A stretch of DNA of 64,000 nucleotides from an uncultured Candidatus Micrarchaeota archaeon (GTDB taxonomy: Archaea; Micrarchaeota; Micrarchaeia; Micrarchaeales; Micrarchaeaceae), in assembly GCA_963741095.1 (NCBI GenBank), contig CAVUGN010000002.1, positions 128,001 through 192,000 of the forward strand, in the 5' to 3' direction. Under the pieces are notes generated by a model. It searched no databases and was not told the DNA's origin. It saw only the letters and a list, made by a program, of their open reading frames with translations. Position 1 is the first letter of the stretch, and every line of letters starts with the position of its first letter. A program made the position numbers and the translations under genes. Shown piece after piece: positions 26,856 to 35,682 of this stretch.

Positions 26856-27131
26856 TTACCCGTGCTTCGTCTTCAGGTGCAGCATGTACATAGCCATCGT
26901 CAGGGCAACGAGGTTGGTGAAGATCAACGGATAAGAAAGTATGACAAGTCCGTATATTTCCCACAAGAACAGGCCCGCTACCGATATCGAGATCCACCAA
27001 AGCGAGATGTCCTTTGTCGATTTCGAGTGCCTACTCTTTATGACCTGCGGAACGTAGGCAAAAGCCGTAAAACAGCCCGCAACGAAACCGACAATATCAA
27101 TATAACCCAACAAACCATCACCAAATAACAT
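26856..27131 (-). CDS. SemiSWEET family (PQ-loop) transporter
   Basis: AYVPQVIKSRHSKSTKDISL...LWEIYG...PLIFTN; three TM helices. Confidence 0.9.
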   Translation of the reverse strand: MLFGDGLLGYIDIVGFVAGCFTAFAYVPQVIKSRHSKSTKDISLWWISISVAGLFLWEIYGLVILSYPLIFTNLVALTMAMYMLHLKTKHG

Positions 27132-27132
27132 A

Positions 27133-30100
27133 CTAGACAAATCTCGCAAGGTTGAACTGCTTCGTGTGCGCCTGCTCGCCTATGGCCGCGCCGAACACGT
27201 TCTCTATTTCATCCTTCGCCAACAAAAGCCTTTGCTTTATGTAAGCCTCGAGGTTGTACCTGTTCGTCAGGTCTATCGCCATGTTCAGGTACTTCTCTAT
27301 GCTGCCCTTCGATATGGTCAGGACGAGTTTGCCTTCGCACTTCGTGCACTTGCCTATCAGCGGCACTCTCCTGTACTTCGCATTGCACCCCACACACCTG
27401 AAGCTCTGGCTGGAGAACGAGTGCATGTTCCCTATCAGGTCGGGTATGAAGTGGCTCAATATCACCCTTCTCGCGGTGTCCGCCTTGTCGACGCTGCCCA
27501 GCCTGTCCATAAGCTTGAACTGCATGTCTATCTTCTCCTGCATCGTCTCGATCGTGGTGTAAGAACTGCTCTTCGGCGCGTCAGCTATCGCGGTTATGCC
27601 GCTTAGCTGCGTGAAGTTCAGCCCCTCAAAAGCGCCATCGCTCTTGAGCCTGTTTCTGACCAGTTCCAAGCTTACCTCACCGGGCTGCACGTATTCAAGA
27701 GTCTTGTTGTAGAAGTCGATGCCGTACTCCGACACCACCTCCATGTCGTGCACCTCGTCGTCGACCTCTTCAGGATTAACGTTTATCGTGAGTATGAGGG
27801 GCGCGTCCATCGTGCCTCCTATCGTGATGGGAAGATAGCTTCTTGAGAAGTTCACCAGCGCATCAAGGAGCAACATCGTCGTGTCCTCGTCGCCGTCGCA
27901 GTTCCTTCTCCTTGCCGATATGGTGTAAGGGTGCGCAAGCCCAACTCTTGCGTCAGTGAAGCCTATCACCCTGCACAGCACTCCAGCGCTCGTGTGCGGC
28001 GCCAGGGTTATGACGAACTGGCCGACCAGTTCCTGTATGCTGTTCGCATTGTAGAACGGCTCCATCCTGTAGTACCTGACAAGCAGGTCGTCGACAAACT
28101 TGGCTATGTTGAGCATGTGCTCCGCGCAGCTCCTGTTTATCACCACATCCTGATGCCTCAATTCGACAAGCTGGGTCTCGTCCGTCAGCTCTTTGCCAGT
28201 GTAATCCTTTGTGTAGCCCATCGACCGGAGCTTTTCCACGCTCACCATCACCTCCTTCGGATAGAAGTGTGTCATGGGTATGTCGGTGGCGTCGAACCTC
28301 GACGTACCATCTTTGAATATGTGCACGTTGTGCAGGGCCCGGAGTATGCCTTTCTCAACAGGCTCTGCGGTTTTGTCCCTGTTCATCAATCCCTTGACCC
28401 CGCGCAGGCTCTTCGGCAATTCATGGATTTCCAAATTCTTCATGGCTGTTTCTGCAATCGCCGATATGTCCACGTTTGAGGTCTGGTAGCCTATCGCGGC
28501 CCCGCCGCAATTGCCGCAGGTTATGCCTTCGGTCTCCCTGCCGCAGGTGCTGCAGATTCGTACGAGCTTCGCCTTTGAGCTGTGCTTTGCGCAGTACGGG
28601 AACACGATCGTCTCCTTCCCGAAATTGCACCGATACCTCGCAATCTCTATCTCAACCGCCTTGTTGCCGAATCTTGCCTTCTCCTTGCCATAAGCCTTGG
28701 CGAAGTTTCTCTCCTTCCCTCCGTTCTCACCTATCGGGAAGAGGAAGGACGGCGCGGGCTTCATCAGCCTCTCCTTCGCCTTCTCGGGCCTTCCCATGCG
28801 CCCGCCTATCCTCGTGGATCTCTTCATGACCTTGAACGGCGCTACAGAATTTATTATCTCAAGAGGCGACATGTTTGGGTCATACTTGCCTATGGTTCCA
28901 TCCCCGAAGTCGAGCTTCCCCTCCTTGGCGAAACCGAGCGATGCCAGCAGGCTTTGGGCATCCCCGCCCTTTATCACAACCGAATTGTTCGAGACATGGG
29001 GTATGCAGAGCCTCTCCATCATGTCGATCAGTTCGGCTCCGGCATTGTCGATGGTTATGTCCTCCACCCCAAAGATCCCATCGCTGCTTGACTGGACCTT
29101 CGAGCGCGCCACCGCCTTTGCCAGCGCGGCAAGTTCATCCGTCGCCAGGTCGTTGTAATCGTAAGTGTAGAGCGGATGAATCGGCACCTTGTACCTCTCG
29201 GAGAGCTCGAAAGCCTCCTTGAAAGACGCCGCCTTTGCATCCTTGCAGCCGTTCGCGGCAAGCTGCGCCAGCCAAAACTCCTCAACGTAGCTGCTGGGCA
29301 GCAACTGGGTGTTGGTTTTTTTGAAATCTCCGTACGTTATCAGTATGTCCCCAACCGCAATGATCTTCGATACCTTGCCCTTCAGCTCCCTCGCTTGTTC
29401 CGCACTGTTAACCCTGAAAGCCTCTCCGGTTGCCAGCTTCACGAACGGCCCCTCTATCGTATCGACCGGCGCCACTACGCAGCCCTTTCCTGGCTTCTCT
29501 ATCTTGAGCTGGGTGCCGTACGCTATGAACTCATCGAGTATTATCATAGTTGCCGGGTTTATGCCCTTGGCCGCTATCCCGGTCAGCCTCGACCTGCCGT
29601 ACCTGAGGCGGAAGGCGCCGCTGTGCTCCGGGTACGCGAATATCGGCCTTCCGGCCACCAATTCCTGCAGAAACTTGTAGTTCTCCTTGACCTTGTCCGA
29701 GCTCCTCAGCACGGGCTTCTCGACTTTTATTATGTTGTTGAGCCAGCTCCAGTCCAGGCCCGCATTCTTGGTGTGCTTGAGCACGCTCTTGGCCTTCTGC
29801 GCTATGCCTTCGCAGGAAACCAGGCACATGCCTCCGCGCACCTTGTTCGAAAGCAGCTGCTCCTTCCCTGCCCCGTCAAGCCTCTTTATGTTCCTGTTTA
29901 TGTTGATGTCCACGCGCTCCGTAGGGACTCCGTCTATGCAGACCGGGCAGTTCTCGAGTATGGTCCTGAGGTTCTGCTCGCTCGGCATGTACTGTAGTCT
30001 GGCGCATTTAGAATGGTACAACTGGACCTCCTCGACATACCTGTCGACTTCAGAAGGCGTCGCGGTGTAGGCGCCTATCCCCATCAATCTCCTGCCGTAA

Positions 30101-30564
30101 TCCGTGATCGCGACGGACAGCGCCGCGCTGGTGCCTCCCGCGCCTCTTATCGGTCCCGCATAGAGGATAGAGACATAATCGGACCGGTCCGCATTCTTGT
30201 GCAGCTCCACTCCCTGGATTCCTTCGGTAGGGGCCACAACGACCCCCTCGGTAAGTATCGCAAGTCCTATCCTTGCCACCAACGTAAGCCGCTTCTCCGC
30301 GCCGAAATCATATTTCGGGTTCGTGCACAGCTCCTTCGCTATGTCGAATGCGAGGGCCTCCCTGCTCTTGCCCTCTGAACGTTCCTTTATGAGTTTCGCC
30401 AATCCCTCCATGCCTATTATCTCCTCGACCCTGGATGCAAGATCCGGGGCCGGCCGTATCTCCACAGTTTCCTTCGGGTCATAACCCTTGCTCCTGGCCC
30501 TCGATGCGACAGCGTTCGCTCGCTCGAAGCCGTCCTGGAGCGTTTTCATGTATTCTTCTATCAT
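27133..30564 (-). CDS. polC: DNA polymerase D large subunit DP2
   Basis: AILTEGVVVAP, AGPIRGAGGT, FRLRYGRSR, GRMGRPEK, FKDGT.RFD, APHTSAG, RRNCDGDED, C-terminal Zn fingers; no intein. Confidence 0.97.
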   Translation of the reverse strand: MIEEYMKTLQDGFERANAVASRARSKGYDPKETVEIRPAPDLASRVEEIIGMEGLAKLIKERSEGKSREALAFDIAKELCTNPKYDFGAEKRLTLVARIGLAILTEGVVVAPTEGIQGVELHKNADRSDYVSILYAGPIRGAGGTSAALSVAITDYGRRLMGIGAYTATPSEVDRYVEEVQLYHSKCARLQYMPSEQNLRTILENCPVCIDGVPTERVDININRNIKRLDGAGKEQLLSNKVRGGMCLVSCEGIAQKAKSVLKHTKNAGLDWSWLNNIIKVEKPVLRSSDKVKENYKFLQELVAGRPIFAYPEHSGAFRLRYGRSRLTGIAAKGINPATMIILDEFIAYGTQLKIEKPGKGCVVAPVDTIEGPFVKLATGEAFRVNSAEQARELKGKVSKIIAVGDILITYGDFKKTNTQLLPSSYVEEFWLAQLAANGCKDAKAASFKEAFELSERYKVPIHPLYTYDYNDLATDELAALAKAVARSKVQSSSDGIFGVEDITIDNAGAELIDMMERLCIPHVSNNSVVIKGGDAQSLLASLGFAKEGKLDFGDGTIGKYDPNMSPLEIINSVAPFKVMKRSTRIGGRMGRPEKAKERLMKPAPSFLFPIGENGGKERNFAKAYGKEKARFGNKAVEIEIARYRCNFGKETIVFPYCAKHSSKAKLVRICSTCGRETEGITCGNCGGAAIGYQTSNVDISAIAETAMKNLEIHELPKSLRGVKGLMNRDKTAEPVEKGILRALHNVHIFKDGTSRFDATDIPMTHFYPKEVMVSVEKLRSMGYTKDYTGKELTDETQLVELRHQDVVINRSCAEHMLNIAKFVDDLLVRYYRMEPFYNANSIQELVGQFVITLAPHTSAGVLCRVIGFTDARVGLAHPYTISARRRNCDGDEDTTMLLLDALVNFSRSYLPITIGGTMDAPLILTINVNPEEVDDEVHDMEVVSEYGIDFYNKTLEYVQPGEVSLELVRNRLKSDGAFEGLNFTQLSGITAIADAPKSSSYTTIETMQEKIDMQFKLMDRLGSVDKADTARRVILSHFIPDLIGNMHSFSSQSFRCVGCNAKYRRVPLIGKCTKCEGKLVLTISKGSIEKYLNMAIDLTNRYNLEAYIKQRLLLAKDEIENVFGAAIGEQAHTKQFNLARFV

Positions 30565-32066
30565 GGTGCTGCACTGAAGTCTATCGTTGTGAAACTGTCA
30601 TTCTTCGCTTCGTAAACCGGCACCACGCAGGGGCTCGGCATGTGCCCGAGTATGGCCTGGTATTCGGTCTTCGCCTGCCAGGTGCCGCTGTTCACTATCT
30701 TCACTCCGTGGTAGTTGCCCAGCCCGTTCTTGTGCACGTGGCCCATGTGCAGGATGTCCGGCACTTTCTCTATGACCAGGTTGTCGTTCTTGCTGGGCAC
30801 CACTATGTTCCCGCCGTATATTGGAGACAGATGCCTCCTCTTCAGGAGCGCTATCATCGCCTTTTCGGGATTCGAATAGCTCATGCGCGGTATTGCGCTT
30901 ATGATGGAATCAAGCGACGTTCCATGGTAGGTGAGCACGTCAAGGCCATGCAGAGTTATCATGCTGGGGTTGGGCAGCATGTGCACGTTCTCCGCCTTGA
31001 AATCACCGATCAGCTCCGGGCCAAGCTGCGGCTGCGGTTCGGCCCTCTGCACCGAATCGTGGTTGCCCGGTATGACGAAAATGTGTATGTAATCTGGTAT
31101 AGCGCTTATCAGGTTGAAGAAAACCTTGTACTGCATGTAGGCGTCGGGTATCGCGAGGTCGAGGTCCTGGTTGGGATAGACGCCGATGCCATCGACGACG
31201 TCGCCGCCCACTACGACGTACTTCACCTTGCCTGCAAGATCCTGCATCCTGTCGGTTCCGCCGTTGAGCCAGCTTATGAAACTAGAGAAGTTCTTCTCGA
31301 GGAAAAGCTTGCTTCCCACCTGCAGGTCGGATATGAACGCTATCGCCACATCGTCCTTCACCTGCTTCCTCTCCTTTATCGGGACGTCGGGCCACACGAA
31401 ATCCTTCGCTATTATGAGCTCTCCGGCGATCTTCCCCCTAACTGCTATCACCTCATCGGTGACGAGCGTGCCCGCCCTTTCAAAAGCCTCTTTGGAGCTG
31501 CCGAACGAGCCATTAACGAAGACGACCTTCGCGTCGGACGTCTCGTCCTCTATGACCGCCATTATGTTCCCCTTCTTCGTGGCGATTATGCTCGTGACTA
31601 TGCCGAGTATCGTTATCTCCCTGCCGTCACTGTAAGACTTTATGCCATCTATGGTCGCGACAAGCCCGGTGACGTTGCTCCGGTACTCCAGCATCTTCCT
31701 CAGCTTGCCGAGCCTGCTCCTGAAATAGGACACGAACGCTCCGACATTTCCTTCGGATTTCTCCACCTCGTTGTTGCTTATGCGGTAATCCGCATCGATC
31801 TCGGAGGCAACGGGCCTGAAGCCCGCCTTGTGGATCACCTCTATGGGGTGCGGCGCCTTCTCGAGCTCCATCTCCTTGATTATGTTTATTATCTCCTCGC
31901 TGTTCACCACACCGAGCGTCGTCGAATCCTTGTGCCTGCTGGCTATCCTTTCGGCGATCACACTCACGTCAAGCCCATCGAGAACCTCTGGCTTCAAATC
32001 CGCGGCTATTAGTATGTGCTTGTCCGAAAGCTTGGCGGCCAGTTCGCCAAGCACGTTCTTAGCCAT
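30561..32066 (-). CDS. polB: DNA polymerase D small subunit DP1 (proofreading exonuclease)
   Basis: OB fold, ISDLQVGS, GDVVDGIGVYP, PGNHD, YHG, RRHLSP, GHVH, NSGTWQ; ATGA overlap with DP2. Confidence 0.96.
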   Translation of the reverse strand: MAKNVLGELAAKLSDKHILIAADLKPEVLDGLDVSVIAERIASRHKDSTTLGVVNSEEIINIIKEMELEKAPHPIEVIHKAGFRPVASEIDADYRISNNEVEKSEGNVGAFVSYFRSRLGKLRKMLEYRSNVTGLVATIDGIKSYSDGREITILGIVTSIIATKKGNIMAVIEDETSDAKVVFVNGSFGSSKEAFERAGTLVTDEVIAVRGKIAGELIIAKDFVWPDVPIKERKQVKDDVAIAFISDLQVGSKLFLEKNFSSFISWLNGGTDRMQDLAGKVKYVVVGGDVVDGIGVYPNQDLDLAIPDAYMQYKVFFNLISAIPDYIHIFVIPGNHDSVQRAEPQPQLGPELIGDFKAENVHMLPNPSMITLHGLDVLTYHGTSLDSIISAIPRMSYSNPEKAMIALLKRRHLSPIYGGNIVVPSKNDNLVIEKVPDILHMGHVHKNGLGNYHGVKIVNSGTWQAKTEYQAILGHMPSPCVVPVYEAKNDSFTTIDFSAAP

Positions 32067-32076
32067 CTCATCAAAT

Positions 32077-32340
32077 CTATGTCTTTATCGATTCGAGCAT
32101 GCTCAGTATGTTCCATATGCCTGTCCTTGCCTGCGGCGGCAGGTTTATGTCCCCGCTCACCGCATCTAGGCTGTATATCGCAGACGATATCCTGACTATG
32201 TAGGCTTCTTTCGTGCTCAGCCTCGTCTTCGCATCGGATATCGCGCTCCTGACATTCTTGGGCACGCTGAAGTCGTTTACCAGCAATTCCATCTGCTTGA
32301 TTATCCGTTCTATCGTTTCGTTGATCTCTTTTTCATCCAT
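32077..32340 (-). CDS. UPF0147 family protein
   Basis: D.SVPKNVR...D.NLP.QART.IWNI.S.LESI. Confidence 0.88.
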   Translation of the reverse strand: MDEKEINETIERIIKQMELLVNDFSVPKNVRSAISDAKTRLSTKEAYIVRISSAIYSLDAVSGDINLPPQARTGIWNILSMLESIKT

Positions 32341-32397
32341 AGCAACCCCTCTAGAAATTAGACAATAGGTATTGGCTCAAAATGTATTTATAGGTAT

Positions 32398-33321
32398 TCA
32401 CGTCACGTGGAGGACCACGTGGGCAAAGATGCCTATGCACATCGTTGCCACGGCGATGCCCATCGATATGAGCAGCGATTTTACGACTCTCGCCTTCACA
32501 CTGGTGTTGCTGACAATCGATATCAGTATCGACACCACGGTGAGCGCAGCGGCAGTGGCAATCACGGACAACAATATTCCGACATAACCGACAATCCCAA
32601 AGAGGTAAGGCAACAATGGGAATATGGCACCCACGACATACAGGGCGCCGGCATAGGCCGCCGCGCCTCTCGGAGATATGCGATTCGTGCGCGTGATGCT
32701 GTTCTCGTACTCCGCAGATAGGAATGAGCTCCCTGACATCGAGAGCATCCCCGAAATGGCAAATATAAGGCCTCCGAAAAGCACGAGCGTCGGATTAGTT
32801 ATCGCTATGGCGAGCCCCGCAGTCGCCGCAAAAACCTCAACAAGGCCGTCGTACATCCCGAATATGACATCCCTTATGTGGTTCAGGCCGGGGCTGTGCT
32901 CGGAGATTATCTTCCACTCCAGCTTTTCCTCGTCAACCATCACGTTGCGCTCTATCTGTTTTATCACTTTCGCCTCGCTGCTTCCCAGCTTTGATGTGTC
33001 TATGACGTGCCTGAGCTTGCTGTGGATCATGGATTCTTGGTACTTCAGCGCCTTGACCGTTATTGCAAGGCCAAGCAAAATTTTCACGAACCTTATCCAA
33101 AGCAGGGTTATCTCGATTCCCACTCTCGACACTTTGATGCTCTTGGTGTCGATTATCCTACCGCACAGGTCTATGTCCTTCTGCTCAAGACCAGTAAGTT
33201 TGATGAGTATCTCCTTCAATTCACTGTCCTTCTCGTTTTTTGTAAGCACCTTGTAGACGCTCATGTGCAGTCTTTCGTTCCTGTAGAACTCCTCAAGGTA
33301 CCTTCTGTTTTTTTCATCCAT
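32398..33321 (-). CDS. VIT1/CCC1 transporter with N-terminal rubrerythrin-like domain
   Basis: IRDVIFGMYDGLVE, ISGMLSMSGSSFLS, YVVGAIFPLLPY; N-terminal helical E-rich domain; SD GGTGAT before ATG 33321. Confidence 0.85.
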   Translation of the reverse strand: MDEKNRRYLEEFYRNERLHMSVYKVLTKNEKDSELKEILIKLTGLEQKDIDLCGRIIDTKSIKVSRVGIEITLLWIRFVKILLGLAITVKALKYQESMIHSKLRHVIDTSKLGSSEAKVIKQIERNVMVDEEKLEWKIISEHSPGLNHIRDVIFGMYDGLVEVFAATAGLAIAITNPTLVLFGGLIFAISGMLSMSGSSFLSAEYENSITRTNRISPRGAAAYAGALYVVGAIFPLLPYLFGIVGYVGILLSVIATAAALTVVSILISIVSNTSVKARVVKSLLISMGIAVATMCIGIFAHVVLHVT

Positions 33322-33335
33322 GCCATCACCCGAGC

Positions 33336-34268
33336 TCACTTGGTCGTCACTCCGATCCGGCTGAGATAGGCCCGCATCTGCAGCGCGGCCTTCACGCCGC
33401 CTGAGGCGGCGGTCACCGCCTGCATGTAGACGCCATCGGACACGTCTCCCGCGACAAAGACGCCTTCAACTTCCGTGAAGACCTCGTCCTTTGCAATCAC
33501 ATAGCCTCTTTCATCAAGCTTCAGCTTTCCGACAAGGAACTTGGTGCTCGGAGCGTTGCCTATCGCCATGAAAACGCCATCCGTGCGGACAACCTGCGTC
33601 TCATTCGTCTGCACGTTCTTGATCCTTGCGCCGTTGACCTTACCACCGTCTCCCAGTATCTCTTCGACAACGCTGTTCCACAGCACCTTCACCTTCTCGT
33701 TCTTCAGCAGGCGCTCCTGCATTATCTTGCTCGCCCTGAACTCGTTCCTTCTGTGTATGACCGTGACGCTTTTTGCGAATCTTGTCAGGAAATCCGCGTC
33801 CCCAACTGCAGTATCGCCCCCGCCTACAACTACGACGTCCTTGTTCTTGTAGAACGGCGCGTCGCATGTTGCACAGGTGCTCAGGCCTCCTCCCATATAC
33901 TTCAATTCGGAAGGAATGCCCAGCATCCTGGCCGATGCCCCAGTCGCAATTATAACGGACATCGCCTCATAGCGGTTCGAAGCGGTCTTTACCTTGAAAG
34001 GGCGCGAAGAGAAGTCGACGCTTTCCACCTCCTCCTCTACAAACCTCGCTCCGAACTTCTCAGCCTGCTTCTTCATCTGCAGCATGAGATCCGGGCCCTG
34101 TACGCCTTCTGGGAATCCAGGATAGTTCTCAACCAATGTCGTGAGAACCAGCTGGCCGCCGTAGGCGGGTCCCGCGATGACGAGCGGCTTGAAGTTTTCC
34201 CTTGCGGCATATATCGCCGCAGAAAGCCCGGCGCACCCCGCGCCCAGTATCAGGACATTCTCTGGCAA
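33336..34268 (-). CDS. trxB: Thioredoxin reductase
   Basis: GAGCAG, GGQL..T..VENYPG, CATCD, GGGDTA, HRR, GVFVAGDV. Confidence 0.96.
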   Translation of the reverse strand: MPENVLILGAGCAGLSAAIYAARENFKPLVIAGPAYGGQLVLTTLVENYPGFPEGVQGPDLMLQMKKQAEKFGARFVEEEVESVDFSSRPFKVKTASNRYEAMSVIIATGASARMLGIPSELKYMGGGLSTCATCDAPFYKNKDVVVVGGGDTAVGDADFLTRFAKSVTVIHRRNEFRASKIMQERLLKNEKVKVLWNSVVEEILGDGGKVNGARIKNVQTNETQVVRTDGVFMAIGNAPSTKFLVGKLKLDERGYVIAKDEVFTEVEGVFVAGDVSDGVYMQAVTAASGGVKAALQMRAYLSRIGVTTK

Positions 34269-34272
34269 GTCA

Positions 34273-34788
34273 TCATCCTTTCTTTATCTCAAGCACCTTT
34301 ATCGTGAAGATCAGGGTCTTGCCCGCTAAAGCGGGATTAAAATCAACTGTTACGTTCGTCGCATTTACGGCCGATACAACGCCCTCCTGCCTTGTACCAT
34401 TGATCGATCTGGCGATCACCGTCCCGACCCGTATCACTGCGTTTCCGAATGTGCTGGATGATACAGACACGAACAGTGCGGGATTTATCTCACCATAGCC
34501 CTCGTTTGCCGGGATTGTTATGGTCTTTTGTTCGCCCAGGCTCATTCCGACAACGCCATCGTCGAAGCCCTTGATCAACTGACCAGAGCCGACAGTGAAT
34601 TGCAGGGGCGTCTTTCCGATGTTCGAGTCAAAAACAGTCCCGTTCGTAAAAGTTCCAGTGTAACTGACGTTGATCGTATCCCCAACTGCAACTACCGGCA
34701 CTGGAGCGCGGCCAATCGCCAAATAAACCACCACCGCTATCGCAACCAATGCGATGACTCCAAGAACATAGGATTGTTCAATTTTCAT
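34273..34788 (-). CDS. FKBP-type (SlyD-like) peptidyl-prolyl isomerase with N-terminal membrane anchor
   Basis: YTGTFTNGTVFDS, GQLIKGFD, IPANEGYG, DFNPALAGKTLIF; N-terminal TM. Confidence 0.92.
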   Translation of the reverse strand: MKIEQSYVLGVIALVAIAVVVYLAIGRAPVPVVAVGDTINVSYTGTFTNGTVFDSNIGKTPLQFTVGSGQLIKGFDDGVVGMSLGEQKTITIPANEGYGEINPALFVSVSSSTFGNAVIRVGTVIARSINGTRQEGVVSAVNATNVTVDFNPALAGKTLIFTIKVLEIKKG

Positions 34789-34806
34789 TGCATCACAAAC
34801 ACAAGG

Positions 34807-34897
34807 CGCCTTGGCCGGGATTCGAACCCGGGTCACAAGCGAGCTGCCACAAATTGTGTTGACAGGCTCGTATGCTGGACCACTACACTACCAAGGC
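34807..34897 (-). tRNA. tRNA-Asp(GTC) with 18-nt canonical intron (37/38; 34842-34859)
   Basis: GCCTTGG/CCAAGGC, CGAGC-CT GTC A^C-GCTTG, CCGGG-TTCGAAT-CCCGG; BHB with CTGT/GCAG central helix, 3-nt bulges and CACA/TGTG intron helix. Confidence 0.94.
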
Positions 34898-34947
34898 ATG
34901 CAATATAATTCTTGTCTAAACGCTTAAAGTGCCTTCGTTTTGAAGAT

Positions 34948-35400
34948 TCACTTCCCGGTTATGCGCTTCTGGAGCTTTCTGAGCTTGTCGTCATCAGCCT
35001 GTGGCCCCATCAGCGTCGTCACGTAGCCAGGATAGCTTTCAAAGAAGAGGCGCTCGGCGGCGACCGCTTGCTTGAACGCTTTGTTCGTTCCCAAAGCAGG
35101 GTACAGCTTCGCGTGCAGGTGGTTGACCCCCGTGCCTTCAAGAACCATGTGAATGCGCCCTACCTTGAGCCTCTTCTCAAGAAGGTTTGCAACTTTCTTG
35201 ATCGCGATTATGAATTCCCTCAGATCGCTGTCTTTCAACCCGAAGGCGTAACTCTCCAGATGCTTTTTCGGTATGACAAGCGTTTGGCCCGTTATGTTTG
35301 GGAACAGATCGAGCACTGCGATGTAGTTTTTGTCTTCGTACACCTTGTACGCCGGCATTTTCCCTGCCACTATCTTGCAGAATATACAATCGTTTGCCAA
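34948..35400 (-). CDS. HIT family nucleotide hydrolase
   Basis: CIFCKIVAG, GQTLVIPKKH, VNHLHAKLYP; TTG start after AGGTGG. Confidence 0.9.
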   Translation of the reverse strand: MANDCIFCKIVAGKMPAYKVYEDKNYIAVLDLFPNITGQTLVIPKKHLESYAFGLKDSDLREFIIAIKKVANLLEKRLKVGRIHMVLEGTGVNHLHAKLYPALGTNKAFKQAVAAERLFFESYPGYVTTLMGPQADDDKLRKLQKRITGK

Positions 35401-35484
35401 TTACCCACCTGTTACATGATTTCCGTTGCAACCTATAAAAACATAGCTGTGCTTCCTGCAAGCCGCAGGCGCATAAAGCGCGCG

Positions 35485-35582
35485 TCCCGTTGGGGAGAGT
35501 CGAACTCCCAACCTATCGCTTTCTAACATGCCGTTAGTACCGCAGACTACAGGCGATCGCTCTGCCATTGAGCTACAACGGG
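35485..35582 (-). tRNA. tRNA-Tyr(GTA) with 26-nt intron (37/38; 35521-35546)
   Basis: CCCGTTG/CAACGGG with A73 (archaeal Tyr identity C1-G72), GCTC/GAGC, ATCGC-CT GTA G^A-GCGAT, GGGAG-TTCGACT-CTCCC. Confidence 0.93.
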
Positions 35583-35682
35583 TAGATATTAATAGTTCTA
35601 TAGTTATTTAAATCTGAAATCCGTCTCTGTTTAAAGGCTGCAAGAGTTTATTAATCAAGTATAAAAATATAATAATGATACG

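Noticed and set aside
20420-31330. CAG codons at two conserved His positions (MPE, DP1) suggesting CAG reassignment
   Set aside because: CAG encodes conserved Gln elsewhere (Fen1 YQFL, IRQPDG, EAQA), so a code change is not supported.
30435-32012. Long antisense or alternate-frame ORFs (e.g. 30435..32012 +, 1271..2521 +, 36018..37610 +, 37051..38346 -, 13670..14590 +)
   Set aside because: They fully overlap well-supported genes and have no motifs. They are an expected by-product of strong third-position C/G bias.
34948-35400. HIT motif HLHAK lacks the third His
   Set aside because: The catalytic middle His is retained, and I recall this variant as a recurring HIT subfamily, so it is not evidence of novelty.
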